This document shows positions 29,399-38,717 of a stretch of 64,000 bases of DNA, piece after piece. Numbering within the stretch: position 1 is the stretch's first letter; each line of letters opens with the position of its first letter. Under the pieces are notes generated by a model. That model saw only the letters and a list, made by a program, of their open reading frames with translations, made no database searches and was not told where the DNA came from. Both the position numbers and the translations under genes were made by a program. The DNA comes from an uncultured Pseudomonadota bacterium (GTDB lineage: Bacteria > Myxococcota_A > Polyangia > Fen-1088): positions 514,432 to 578,431 of the forward strand of contig CAVQDT010000001.1 of NCBI GenBank assembly GCA_963711305.1. The letters are read 5' to 3'.

Positions 29399-29655
29399 GG
29401 GGACCTCCACGCGGGTCCTTTTCAATGGGCGTGCCGGCGCGTATTGACGGCGATTCGCGCGACGGCCGCGGATTCGCCGATTCAGATGAAGGAGCCGGCG
29501 CGGATCCGGGCGCCGTCCCCGGGGACACGTCCCTGGGGGACAGCGAGAGGCACGCGGAATTTACCGGGCTCCATGGTGTGCTGCGTCGGGCGTTTCAGGG
29601 TCCCTCACTCGCGGCTTGAAACGCCGACGCGGGGACCCTAGGCTCGCTTCTCGCG

Positions 29656-31722
29656 ATGGAGCGGTACCCTCGCAGCCACGTCGCAAGACGTTCGCGCACC
29701 GGCCGCGCGTCGGCCGCCGGTCTGACCGCCGTGGCGCTCGCCGGACTCTGCGCCGGTGGTGGACAACCGACGCAGGCGAAGCCCGCTGCGCCGGCGGCAC
29801 CCGCGGCCGAGCCGGCGCCCGCCGCCGAGCTCACGGTCGTCGACGGGGGGCGCATCGCCGGTCAGACCACGGCGGAGAACGCGCGGCGCGACGGCTTGAC
29901 CGTCGTCGATCTCTCCGACGACTGGCTCCCCTACGTCTTCTCCGAGGAGCCGGGAAAGCCGGAGCCGCTGCGGCCATTTCTGATCGATCTCGCCAACGGG
30001 CGATTCCGGTCCGGCAGCCAGTACGCGCGTCCGCGCGAGGACCGGTACTTCGAGGCGTTCGGGATCTTCCCGAGCCTGAACATGATGCGGCGGCGGCTGG
30101 CCGATCGCAGGCGCCACACCTGCCACGACCGCGTGAAGGACAAGGTGCTCGAGGAGATGTCTCCGAAGAGCTCGATCCTTCCAGAAGAGCCGGAAAAGCC
30201 GGCGAACGCCAACCCGGCGGCGCTGGGAGATCCCGCAAAGCCGGCGAACGCGGATCCGGCAGCGAGCGGTACGCCGGCGGCCGCCGCGGCGCCGGTGGCT
30301 GACAAACCGCCGCGCAAACCGCTGAGCCCGACGGAGAAGCGCGCGGTGGTCGCGATGCAAGCGCACCTGCGCTGCGAGGATCTGCTGCCGGCCAAGGCGA
30401 AATCCGGTCGCATGGATCCGCGCACGGTCGCGGGCCTGCAGATCTACCAGCGGCTGCACATGATCGCGGACAACGGGCGAATCGATCTCGAGACGCGCAA
30501 CCTGCTGCTGGCCGACAGCCGCGAGCTCGACTTTCGCGGGCTGCTGCGCGCGCTGCGCGAACGCGTGGTCGACGCGACCGGCCTGCTCGAGGACGGCTCG
30601 GCCCTGGGCGTCCCTGGCGAGGTGCAGGGACGCATCCTCGACAGCGCCGAGTTCCGGCCGCTGCCGTTGCAGGCGGCGAAGGCGCCCGCGCCCGGAGAGC
30701 CGGCGTCCGCTACCACTGGAGCGCCAGCCAAGATCACCGGCGCCCCGGACCTGATCGCCGCGGCCACCCAGGCCGCGAGCCAGGCGCTGGGCTGGACGGC
30801 GCCCGACGCGGTCCTCGCGAGCACGGTGGTCGCGCCGCCGCCGCCCTCACGCCGCGGGCGCAAGGCGCCGGCGCGCAAAGGGCCGGCTCCGCTGCCCGAA
30901 GCGGTGGCGATCCGCCTGCCGCCGCCGCCGCCCTACCACAGCCCCAAGATGGAGCTGCGCGCGGAGATCGATCGCGGCGAGGTCGTGCTGGCGCGGCCGG
31001 CCCTCGACAAGGACGGACACAAGAAGTGGCACGCGCCGGTCAGCGATCGCCCGACGCTGACACTGTTCGCGCGCTCGAGCGACGGCGAGGTGGCGCTGGC
31101 CCGCTGGCCCACCACCATCGGCGGCTGGAAGACGATCCAGAAGTCCGACGGCAGCATGGCGCTCAAGTACAAGGAGTCGATCACCGGCGACGCCCTCTGG
31201 TCAGAGGTTCTGGCCGGGCCGACCTGGCACCCACCGTCGGGCCTGCCCGTGCGCAAGTTGCTGGTCAAGCGCGGCGACACCTTCGTGGCGAAGAGCGAGA
31301 TCGTCGGCCCGGGCTACCGCGCGGGCTACGGCCTGGTCGCCATCGTGCACCATCAGATCATGGGCGTGGACGAGAAAGGCGAAAAGCAGCTCCAGGATCT
31401 GCTCATCCGCACCCACGGCACGCCGGCGTATCGATCGGTCAAGCGCGGCGAGAGCGCTGGTTGCCATCGGTTGCACAATCACCTGGCCATCCGCCTCACC
31501 GGATTCCTGGTCAAGCACCGCGCGAACTCGCGCGATGGCCTCGTGCACGAGGATTACGTCCGCAAGCTCGAGTACCAGGGCCAGCAGGTCGCGCTCGAGA
31601 GCGACGCCAAAGGTTACCGCTTCAAGCTGACGCCGCCCGTTCCGGTTACGGTTCTCGACGGCGACGTCAAGGGCGACGCCAAGGCAGTGAAGCGGCTGGT
31701 TCCTCTCGCGACGGCGCCGTAG
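29656..31722 (+). CDS. L,D-transpeptidase-family protein (YcbB-like: PG-binding-like + YkuD catalytic domain)
   Basis: 688 aa. Signal peptide, a PG_binding-like segment (DPRTVAGLQIYQRLHMIADNGRIDLETRNLL), and a catalytic signature IRTHGTPAYRSVKRGESAGCHRLHN (H-G-T...S-x-G-C-x-R). Confidence 0.75.
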   Translation: MERYPRSHVARRSRTGRASAAGLTAVALAGLCAGGGQPTQAKPAAPAAPAAEPAPAAELTVVDGGRIAGQTTAENARRDGLTVVDLSDDWLPYVFSEEPGKPEPLRPFLIDLANGRFRSGSQYARPREDRYFEAFGIFPSLNMMRRRLADRRRHTCHDRVKDKVLEEMSPKSSILPEEPEKPANANPAALGDPAKPANADPAASGTPAAAAAPVADKPPRKPLSPTEKRAVVAMQAHLRCEDLLPAKAKSGRMDPRTVAGLQIYQRLHMIADNGRIDLETRNLLLADSRELDFRGLLRALRERVVDATGLLEDGSALGVPGEVQGRILDSAEFRPLPLQAAKAPAPGEPASATTGAPAKITGAPDLIAAATQAASQALGWTAPDAVLASTVVAPPPPSRRGRKAPARKGPAPLPEAVAIRLPPPPPYHSPKMELRAEIDRGEVVLARPALDKDGHKKWHAPVSDRPTLTLFARSSDGEVALARWPTTIGGWKTIQKSDGSMALKYKESITGDALWSEVLAGPTWHPPSGLPVRKLLVKRGDTFVAKSEIVGPGYRAGYGLVAIVHHQIMGVDEKGEKQLQDLLIRTHGTPAYRSVKRGESAGCHRLHNHLAIRLTGFLVKHRANSRDGLVHEDYVRKLEYQGQQVALESDAKGYRFKLTPPVPVTVLDGDVKGDAKAVKRLVPLATAP

Positions 31723-31726
31723 AGAT

Positions 31727-32092
31727 TTACGGCGGCGACTCGCAAGCGTTGTCGGCCGGATACGCCAAAGCCGCATCCGCCCCGGTACCGGTACAGGTTG
31801 CTGCCTGAACGAGCGGTAAACAGGCCGCGGCGTCGTTGTAGGCGGCCTTGTCGCCCTGAGAGCAGCTGAACGTCACCAGCGCCGCATTGCAATCGGCCTC
31901 GGTATTGAAGGAGAGCGTGAAGCCCCCTTGCGACAAGGCACACATTGGCCCATCCAGGCACGCACACGCTTTCTGGCAGGTCACCGCGCCGATCTGCGCG
32001 CACGTGCTCTGCGCGCTACTGCCGCCGCCGCCGCAGGACACAAACGCCAATCCAGACAACACCAGCAACACCGGTCCCACGATTCTGCGCAT
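31727..32092 (-). CDS. small Cys-rich lipoprotein
   Basis: 121 aa. Lipobox LAFVSCGGG. Thirteen further Cys in the mature part. Confidence 0.55.
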   Translation of the reverse strand: MRRIVGPVLLVLSGLAFVSCGGGGSSAQSTCAQIGAVTCQKACACLDGPMCALSQGGFTLSFNTEADCNAALVTFSCSQGDKAAYNDAAACLPLVQAATCTGTGADAALAYPADNACESPP

Positions 32093-32206
32093 GCACCATA
32101 ATCAGCTTGATTCTGCCCCGTAGTCAACCTACGTCACACGCGATCGCTCACGACGGAGATCGTCTTGCCGACTTCGCAACCCTCTTCCGTCCGGTGACCG
32201 AGCTCG

Positions 32207-33631
32207 TTACCGCTCGCCTTCCGACTCCTCACAGGCGCTGTGGCCTCGACGCTCGGTGAACGGTCGCAGGAACGGTCCGGGACGGAAGTCGATGAACTGC
32301 GGCGGCGTCGGTCCCGCGTAGATGTTGAGCGCGGGCCCGAGCGCCGTCGCGGCGGCGTTCAGCTCCGCCGGCCCGAGGTCGGGCCAGCGGCCGGTGTCGA
32401 GCCGTTCGAACAGCTTCTGGAACAGCGTGATCGTCTCCGCAGGCGTGAACGTGCAGTGCCCGGCGCGCTCCACGAACGCCTGGCGCAGCAGGTGACCGTT
32501 GCCGGCCCGTTGCACCACCTGCTTGTAGGTGGTCTCGTTCTCGACGACCACAAAGCCGTCGCCCTTGGTGTGCGCGGTGAGGACCGGAACCCGGATCTCG
32601 CCGTTGAACGTGATGTTCTGCTCGAGGTACGCGAACGCGGCCGGATCGGCGGCGATGCGCGGCGCGCGATTCAGCGCCTCGAGATCGGCTTCCAGGCTCG
32701 AGCCGGCGGCGCGATAGAGCCCCCGCACCTCGTCGCGACTCAGGGAGAGCTCCAGTTGCTTGCGGTAGTCCGTCCCGGTGTTCCACGATGGATTGCCGCC
32801 CGCGCGCGCCTCGAGCTCGGCGCGGAACTCGAAGTCGAACGGGACCCCGATATTTTGTCCCCACAGGAATTGATTGCTCTCCTGGGTCGTGAAATCATCG
32901 GGGGCCGGCTCGGGCGAGGTGGGCGTGAACCAACCGGGCAGGTCCGTCAGCGCGGTGATCAAGGCAATGCGTGCCCGCCCCTCGGGCGTGAGCTGTGCCT
33001 CGGCGAACAATCCCTCTGCGAGCGCCGCGTTCGCCTCGGGGTCGGAGATGTGCACGATCTCGAGCGAGGTGCCGGCGCCGAGCAAAATCTTGAACGCGAA
33101 CCCCGAATCGAGCCCCTGGTTCCACGTGCCGACGCCGCCCGAGAGCACCCCGCACATTGGCATTGCCGCGTCGAAGCGCTGCGGATAGCGCTGGATCAAC
33201 CCGGCGGTGATGATGCCGCCCAGCGAGTGCCCCCAGGCGATCGTGTGCGTCGGGTGACCGATGGTCGCGTCGAAGAGATCGAGCAATGCGATCTGGTCCT
33301 GCAACGCCTCGTGAATCGACCAGCCCGTCGTCGAATATGACGAGCCCGCCAGCGCGTAACCGCTCTGGAGGAGGACCTGGATCGTCGCGACATCGGCGCC
33401 GACACGTGCCGGATTCGCGCTACCGGGCGTGACGTATCCATGGCTGTAGAGCAGCAAGGTCCCGTTCCACGCGGCCGGCACCTGAATGAGGTAGGTGGCT
33501 CCGTCGCTGAGCGTTCCCGTGGTCGTGGTCGCGCCGGCTTGCGCCCGAGCGGCTGTCGAGAAGAGCAGCCAGCCCGACAAACCAGCGATCAATCCCAACG
33601 CCCGAGCGATCCGTGCTCTCGTTTTGAACAT
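32207..33631 (-). CDS. secreted alpha/beta-hydrolase (lipase/esterase-type)
   Basis: 474 aa. Signal peptide ending ARAQAG. GHSLGG nucleophile elbow. Confidence 0.7.
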   Translation of the reverse strand: MFKTRARIARALGLIAGLSGWLLFSTAARAQAGATTTTGTLSDGATYLIQVPAAWNGTLLLYSHGYVTPGSANPARVGADVATIQVLLQSGYALAGSSYSTTGWSIHEALQDQIALLDLFDATIGHPTHTIAWGHSLGGIITAGLIQRYPQRFDAAMPMCGVLSGGVGTWNQGLDSGFAFKILLGAGTSLEIVHISDPEANAALAEGLFAEAQLTPEGRARIALITALTDLPGWFTPTSPEPAPDDFTTQESNQFLWGQNIGVPFDFEFRAELEARAGGNPSWNTGTDYRKQLELSLSRDEVRGLYRAAGSSLEADLEALNRAPRIAADPAAFAYLEQNITFNGEIRVPVLTAHTKGDGFVVVENETTYKQVVQRAGNGHLLRQAFVERAGHCTFTPAETITLFQKLFERLDTGRWPDLGPAELNAAATALGPALNIYAGPTPPQFIDFRPGPFLRPFTERRGHSACEESEGER

Positions 33632-33684
33632 AGGTCTCCTCGTCTAATACGCTCGGCCCCCGCGAATCTTCCGGCGCGATGCCG

Positions 33685-34443
33685 CTAGTCGTTGATGACC
33701 AGGTCGACCGCGCTGCCCGGCGCGGTGGGGGCGTTCTCGGCCGGCTCCTGCTTGATGATCACTTCGTCGTCGAAGCGGTCGGAGGATCCGGTTCGCGTCG
33801 TGCCGACCTTGAACCCCGCGTCCTCGAGGATCTTCTTGGCCCGTGCCAGTCGCAGGCCCAGGACCTTGGGCACCGGTCGAGGGGCGGGCCCGGTCGAGAG
33901 AATCAGCGTGACCAGGACGTCCGGGGTCACGGCGCGGCCGGCGGGCGGGTCGGTGCCGATCACCCGTCCGGCGGCGATGGTCTCGCTCGACTGCTCGCGG
34001 CGGTGGCCGGGCGCCAGCTTCAACGCGTGCAGCTTTTCGACCGCGTCGTCGGGCTGCTCACCCGCCAGCGCGGGAACGAGGATGTCGCCGGCGCCGGACG
34101 ACACGAACGCCTGCACGGCGGAGCCGCGCGGCGCGCGAGAGCCCGCCAGCGGGGCCTGGCCGGCCACCTTGCCCGCCGGAATCGAGGGATCGGGGTGCTC
34201 GCCCTGCACCGTCAACAGGAGATCCTTGGCGCTCAGCAGCTCGCGCGCCTGGTCGACCGACACGCCGTTGACCATCGGGACCTCGACGGCGCCAGTTCCG
34301 TCGGCGTACAGGAAATCGAGCAGCCCGCGGTGATCGGCGACGGTCAGCGCGAGGAACGCGGCGACCGTCGTGAACAACGACGTGAGGAACGCTGCCAGGA
34401 CGGGGCGGCTGCGGCGGGCCGGGTAGAGGTCGTCGTCATCCAT
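33685..34443 (-). CDS. membrane-anchored protein with three PASTA domains and no kinase or PBP domain
   Basis: ATG 34441-34443. One TM helix (VLAAFLTSLFTTVAAFLALTV). Three ~65-aa repeats of PASTA type (VPMVNGVSVDQARELL..., VPALAGEQPDDAVEKL..., VPKVLGLRLARAKKILEDAGF...). Confidence 0.75.
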   Translation of the reverse strand: MDDDDLYPARRSRPVLAAFLTSLFTTVAAFLALTVADHRGLLDFLYADGTGAVEVPMVNGVSVDQARELLSAKDLLLTVQGEHPDPSIPAGKVAGQAPLAGSRAPRGSAVQAFVSSGAGDILVPALAGEQPDDAVEKLHALKLAPGHRREQSSETIAAGRVIGTDPPAGRAVTPDVLVTLILSTGPAPRPVPKVLGLRLARAKKILEDAGFKVGTTRTGSSDRFDDEVIIKQEPAENAPTAPGSAVDLVIND

Positions 34444-34615
34444 CGACGACAATTGTAGCGCGCCGCGCGCTCTGCCGCAGACGAGTTGTTCAGCGCCCGT
34501 ACCCGGCAGCGACGATATTGGCCTGAACGGCGTCGTCGGTCGCGACAGACATTTTTCTGACTTTTAGACGCAACGAGCGCTGGCGGGTGTATAGGGCGCG
34601 ACTGCGAGGTACCGG

Positions 34616-35713
34616 CTACGGACAGATCAACGGTGGAGCGGGATTGGGCGTGATGAAGGTCGGCATCTGCGCGCTAGCCGCGGCCCTCAGCGTACCGGCG
34701 TGCGCAGGCTGCCCCGCTACTGAATCAGCGGCCGTCGTCGATCCGACGGCGTCGTCGAACTTCCAGTAGCCGACCAGTTCCGCCTCGTTGCCCGCCAGCG
34801 GCCGGTTGTAGTTGTCCCTGATTTGTTGATCCGTGCGGGCGACGTTCCAGACCCGAAGCTCGTCGAACCATCCGTTGAAGCAGGCGCTGTTCTCGGGATT
34901 GCAACCAATGATAAGAGGGCCTTGTAGAGTGGCGAGCATCGGAGTGGCTGCGGTGGCATTGCTCGTGATGCTCAACATCCCGTTGACGTAGGTGCGCATC
35001 GCGGTTCCGTCCCAGGTCATCGCGATCTGAACCCATTGCGCGGTCGCGGAATCGACGCCCAAGAAGTTCCGGCTATCGTCGCTGAAGCCACCGTCGATGA
35101 ACGGATCCAGCGTAGCGTGATTGGCGGCCATGCCGGTGACTGCGTTGGTGCCGAAGTCCATGCCGAACGCGGTGGCCGTTCCTTTGCCGCCGGTGTAGTA
35201 AATCTCGTTCTTGTCGCCGACCCAGTCGGTCGGTTTGATGTATGCCCAGAACTCTATGGTCCGCCGGGCGTTGCCGATGGGGAGCGCGGTCCCGAGGTCG
35301 ATCATGATCTCTGCCTGCGCGGCGTCACTGTCAGTCCCGGTTCCGTTGGCCGACAACGAGATGGCTCGTCCCACGCAATTGGCGCCGCCCCCGCCCGCTC
35401 CGCCGGTGGCGCCGCTGCCGCCATCCCGGCCGCCAGTCGTACTGCCCCCGGCGCCGCCGCTGGTCCCACCAGAGGCTCCGCCACCACTGCCGGGCGCGCC
35501 TCCCAGATTGGCGGTCGTTCCCCCCATTCCCGCGCCCCCTACCCCGGATTGACCTCCGCTGCCGGCGCCGCCCGCGCCTGCCGGCGCACCGCCCATTGCC
35601 GATGCCCCCCCAGTCCCACCGGAGGGTGACGAACCAGTGCTCGAACAAGCGACCGCAAAGAAGAGCGCAAGAACAAGTGAGACGACTCCAACGCGAGGAA
35701 GCAACCGTTCCAT
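34616..35713 (-). CDS. LamG / concanavalin-A-like lectin domain lipoprotein
   Basis: Lipobox FAVACSS, a long Gly-rich linker, and a C-terminal LamG signature (FDELRVWNVARTDQQIRDNY...GYWKFDD). Confidence 0.8.
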   Translation of the reverse strand: MERLLPRVGVVSLVLALFFAVACSSTGSSPSGGTGGASAMGGAPAGAGGAGSGGQSGVGGAGMGGTTANLGGAPGSGGGASGGTSGGAGGSTTGGRDGGSGATGGAGGGGANCVGRAISLSANGTGTDSDAAQAEIMIDLGTALPIGNARRTIEFWAYIKPTDWVGDKNEIYYTGGKGTATAFGMDFGTNAVTGMAANHATLDPFIDGGFSDDSRNFLGVDSATAQWVQIAMTWDGTAMRTYVNGMLSITSNATAATPMLATLQGPLIIGCNPENSACFNGWFDELRVWNVARTDQQIRDNYNRPLAGNEAELVGYWKFDDAVGSTTAADSVAGQPAHAGTLRAAASAQMPTFITPNPAPPLICP

Positions 35714-35841
35714 GCGCCATGCGTAACACGATCCGCGCTCTGCTAGCAGCGAAAGGTGGCGGGCGCGATTCTCGCTCGGCCGGGTGATGATTACCTTGGC
35801 AACGTGTCCGGCGCTTCGCGGGTCGGGCCGAGGCCTGCCCC

Positions 35842-37110
35842 ATGTCGTGGTTGAAGAACGTTCCTCCGATCGCGCGCGTCCTGCGCGCGATCGACCGGCG
35901 GGCTCAGGTGGTCTGGAGCCGCGACCGATCGTCGTTGCGCGGCTTCGCGGCCTTCGGTAACCGCGCGTTCCGGATCGCGATCCTCACGGTCCGCGGCGTC
36001 GTCTCCCACCGGCTGGGCTTGCTGGCGGCGGCCCTCACCTACTACACCGCATTCGCGATCGTCCCGACGCTGGTGGTGGCGCTCTGGATCATGCGGTGGT
36101 TCAACTGGCTCCCGTTCGTTTCGAAGCCCGTGCCGGGCAATCTGTCCGCGCCGAACGGCAACCAGGTGTTTCACGCCGCGCTGGCGATGATCCTGGACGC
36201 CGTCGGCAAGACCAGCCAGATCACGGGCGGCGTCGTCGGCCTGGTGGCGCTGCTGTTCGCGGTGTCGAAGATGTTCGGCCATACCGAACGCGCGCTGCAC
36301 ATCATTGCCGCCTCGGGTGAACGAACGCCCAAGTTTTCACGCGCGCTCGCTTACGTCGCGCTACTGCTCATCCCGCCGGTCGTGCTCGGCGTGTCGGGTC
36401 TGCTGCTGGCGCTGCTGCAACGAGGGGCGCCGGCTCCGGTGTCCCGCGTACTGGCGGCGATCCCGGGAGTCGACTTCGCGGTCGGCATGGCGCTTGCGCT
36501 CGGAGCGCTCTGGCTGGCGGTGACGCTGCTCTACACCGCCGCCGCCCGCGCGCGCATCGCGTTCGCGTCGGCGGCCGTGGGCGGCGCCCTGGCGGCGCTG
36601 GCGCTCCCGGTGGTGTTCTGGGTCTTTGCAAGCCTGCAGATCGGCGTCTCGCAAACGAGCGCGGTGGGCTCCGGGTTCCTCGCGCTCCCCGTCTTCCTGC
36701 TGTGGTCGTTCTCGTCGTGGTTGGTGGTGCTGATCGGCGCGGAGATCGCCGTGGGCCACAGCATCGACCACGTGCTCAGGCACGGCGCAGCCGCCTTCCG
36801 CCTCGATTGCGCGGGCGAGCGCAGCGCCGGCGTCGCGATCATGCTTCACCTGACGCGCGCCGCGGAAGCGGGGTCGCACGCACCGGTGACGGAGGACGAG
36901 CTGGCGCGCGATCTCCGGCTGCCGCCGGCCATCATCCGCACTCTGTGTTTTCGCCTGGTGAGGCGCGGCCTTCTCGTCGAGGACGTTCGTGGCTTCTCTC
37001 TACGCCCCGGAACCGACAGCGTCGACATGGACGCCGTCGCGGAGGCGATCGATCGTGATCCCGCGCTCGCCCAAGATCAGGTGAGCAATCGAACGAGCGA
37101 ATCAGGCTGA
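35842..37110 (+). CDS. YihY/BrkB-family inner-membrane protein
   Basis: 422 aa. LAAALTYYTAFAIVP start motif, six TM segments, and a C-terminal soluble extension. Confidence 0.85.
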   Translation: MSWLKNVPPIARVLRAIDRRAQVVWSRDRSSLRGFAAFGNRAFRIAILTVRGVVSHRLGLLAAALTYYTAFAIVPTLVVALWIMRWFNWLPFVSKPVPGNLSAPNGNQVFHAALAMILDAVGKTSQITGGVVGLVALLFAVSKMFGHTERALHIIAASGERTPKFSRALAYVALLLIPPVVLGVSGLLLALLQRGAPAPVSRVLAAIPGVDFAVGMALALGALWLAVTLLYTAAARARIAFASAAVGGALAALALPVVFWVFASLQIGVSQTSAVGSGFLALPVFLLWSFSSWLVVLIGAEIAVGHSIDHVLRHGAAAFRLDCAGERSAGVAIMLHLTRAAEAGSHAPVTEDELARDLRLPPAIIRTLCFRLVRRGLLVEDVRGFSLRPGTDSVDMDAVAEAIDRDPALAQDQVSNRTSESG

Positions 37111-37238
37111 CAATCAGCAGCCATCCTCATTGCCTGGTCTGCACGAAGTCTCACGTTAGCGCCCGATCCCAGCGCGCACGCCGCGAGGGCGTTTGTCTCG
37201 CGCATGGGTCACCTCTTTGCTGACGTGGAGAAATCAAA

Positions 37239-37658
37239 ATGTTCGATCAAATGATGGACGGCTTTCGCAAGGCGACCGAGTCCTCCCTACAGATCCAGCA
37301 GGAAGTCTTCAAACAGTGGACACAACAGTTGATGTCCGCGCAACCGAACATGAACGGCGCCTCGGCGGACTCGACCCGAACGATGCAGAAACGCTGGATC
37401 GAGCTGACGATCGAGATGCTGAACAAGCACCGGGCATCGATCGACGCGATGTACGCCTCGGGCATCCAGGCCATCGAGCAGTCCTTCCGCATCACCGAGG
37501 CCAAGTCGTCGGACGAGTATCGCCGCATCGTCGACGAGCTCTGGCACAAGCTCTTCGACACGCTCAAGAGCCAGCTGGAGACGCAGTTCCGTGACGTCCA
37601 GCGGTGGTCCGAGCAGTCGTTCGAGATCGCCCAGAAAGCCCAGTCCCAGCAGGCCTGA
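37239..37658 (+). CDS. phasin-like / PhaE-PhaR-like PHA-associated protein (putative)
   Basis: 139-aa helical, Gln/Glu-rich ORF with an RBS (GGAGAAATCAAAATG). It opens the phaB-phaC gene string. Assignment rests on context and composition only. Confidence 0.4.
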   Translation: MFDQMMDGFRKATESSLQIQQEVFKQWTQQLMSAQPNMNGASADSTRTMQKRWIELTIEMLNKHRASIDAMYASGIQAIEQSFRITEAKSSDEYRRIVDELWHKLFDTLKSQLETQFRDVQRWSEQSFEIAQKAQSQQA

Positions 37659-37663
37659 TCGCC

Positions 37664-37894
37664 GTGCCACCTTGGTTCGACCTGTGGCGGAGCGCCGCCA
37701 TCTGGACCTGGGGCGGTCCGATCACCGGGCCTCTGTGGGCTGATCCGAAGCAGCTCCGCAGCCTCTGGATGGCGCAGGTCACGCGGGATCTCGATCAGTG
37801 CATGCGATCGAACGCGTTCCTCGACGTCATGCACGAACATCTGGCCGGCGGTACCCGTGCGGCCTGTCTCAACGTCTGGTTTCCATTCAAGTAG
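37664..37894 (+). CDS. small Trp-rich ORF (possible PhaE-like fragment)
   Basis: GTG 37664 gives PPWFDLWRSAAIWTWGGPITGPLWADPKQLRSLW... The stop lies 12 nt before the phaB start. Weak support. Confidence 0.3.
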   Translation: MPPWFDLWRSAAIWTWGGPITGPLWADPKQLRSLWMAQVTRDLDQCMRSNAFLDVMHEHLAGGTRAACLNVWFPFK

Positions 37895-37905
37895 GAGTCC
37901 TTCCC

Positions 37906-38700
37906 ATGACCACCACCCCCATTGCATTCCCGGGAGCAGAGGTACCACCGAGCTTCAGCCTGCTCGGAAAGACGGCGTTCGTCACCGGCGGGTCCCGCGG
38001 CATCGGGCGTGCCTGCGCGCTGGCGCTGGCTGCGGCGGGCGCCGATATCGCGGTCGGCTCCAGCCAAGCCGGCGTCGCGGCCGCGGAGGAGGTCTGCGGC
38101 AAGATTCGCGAGCTGGGACGGCGAGCCTTTCCCTTCTCGTTCGACGTGCGCGCGCGCGGCGAGGTCGAGCTCATGTGCGGCCGCGTGACCGAGAGCCTCA
38201 AGGCGGTCGACATCCTGGTGAACAACGCCGGCGTCACGCGCGACGGCCTGTTCCGCAAGATGGATCGCGGCGCGTGGGACGACGTCATCGACACCAATCT
38301 GAACGCGGTGTTCGAAGTGACTCGCCGGTTCATCGACGGCATGGCGGCGCGCGGCTGGGGGCGGGTCATCAACGTCTCGAGCATCGTCGGCCGTATCGGA
38401 AACTTCGGCCAGGCCAACTACGCCGCGGCCAAGGCCGGGCTCATCGGCCTCACCAAGACCCTGGCTCGCGAGTACGCGAGGAAGGGCGTCACCGTGAACG
38501 CAATCGCTCCGGGCTTCATACGCACGCGTATGCTCGACGGCGTCCCCGAGAAGGCGCTGCAGTCGGTCCTCGACATCACGCCGGTCGGACGGCTCGGCGA
38601 TCCGATGGAGATCGGCGCCAGCGTCCTCTACCTCGCCTCGCCGGCAGCCGGCTTCGTGACCGGCCACGTGCTGGACGTCAACGGCGGCATGGCGATGTGA
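37906..38700 (+). CDS. phaB: acetoacetyl-CoA / 3-oxoacyl reductase (SDR, FabG/PhaB type)
   Basis: AGGAG RBS and ATG 37906. TGGSRGIG, NNAG, and the Y/K catalytic pair (YAAAKAG). Sits immediately upstream of phaC. Confidence 0.85.
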   Translation: MTTTPIAFPGAEVPPSFSLLGKTAFVTGGSRGIGRACALALAAAGADIAVGSSQAGVAAAEEVCGKIRELGRRAFPFSFDVRARGEVELMCGRVTESLKAVDILVNNAGVTRDGLFRKMDRGAWDDVIDTNLNAVFEVTRRFIDGMAARGWGRVINVSSIVGRIGNFGQANYAAAKAGLIGLTKTLAREYARKGVTVNAIAPGFIRTRMLDGVPEKALQSVLDITPVGRLGDPMEIGASVLYLASPAAGFVTGHVLDVNGGMAM

Positions 38701-38717
38701 AGGCAGAAGACAACGAG

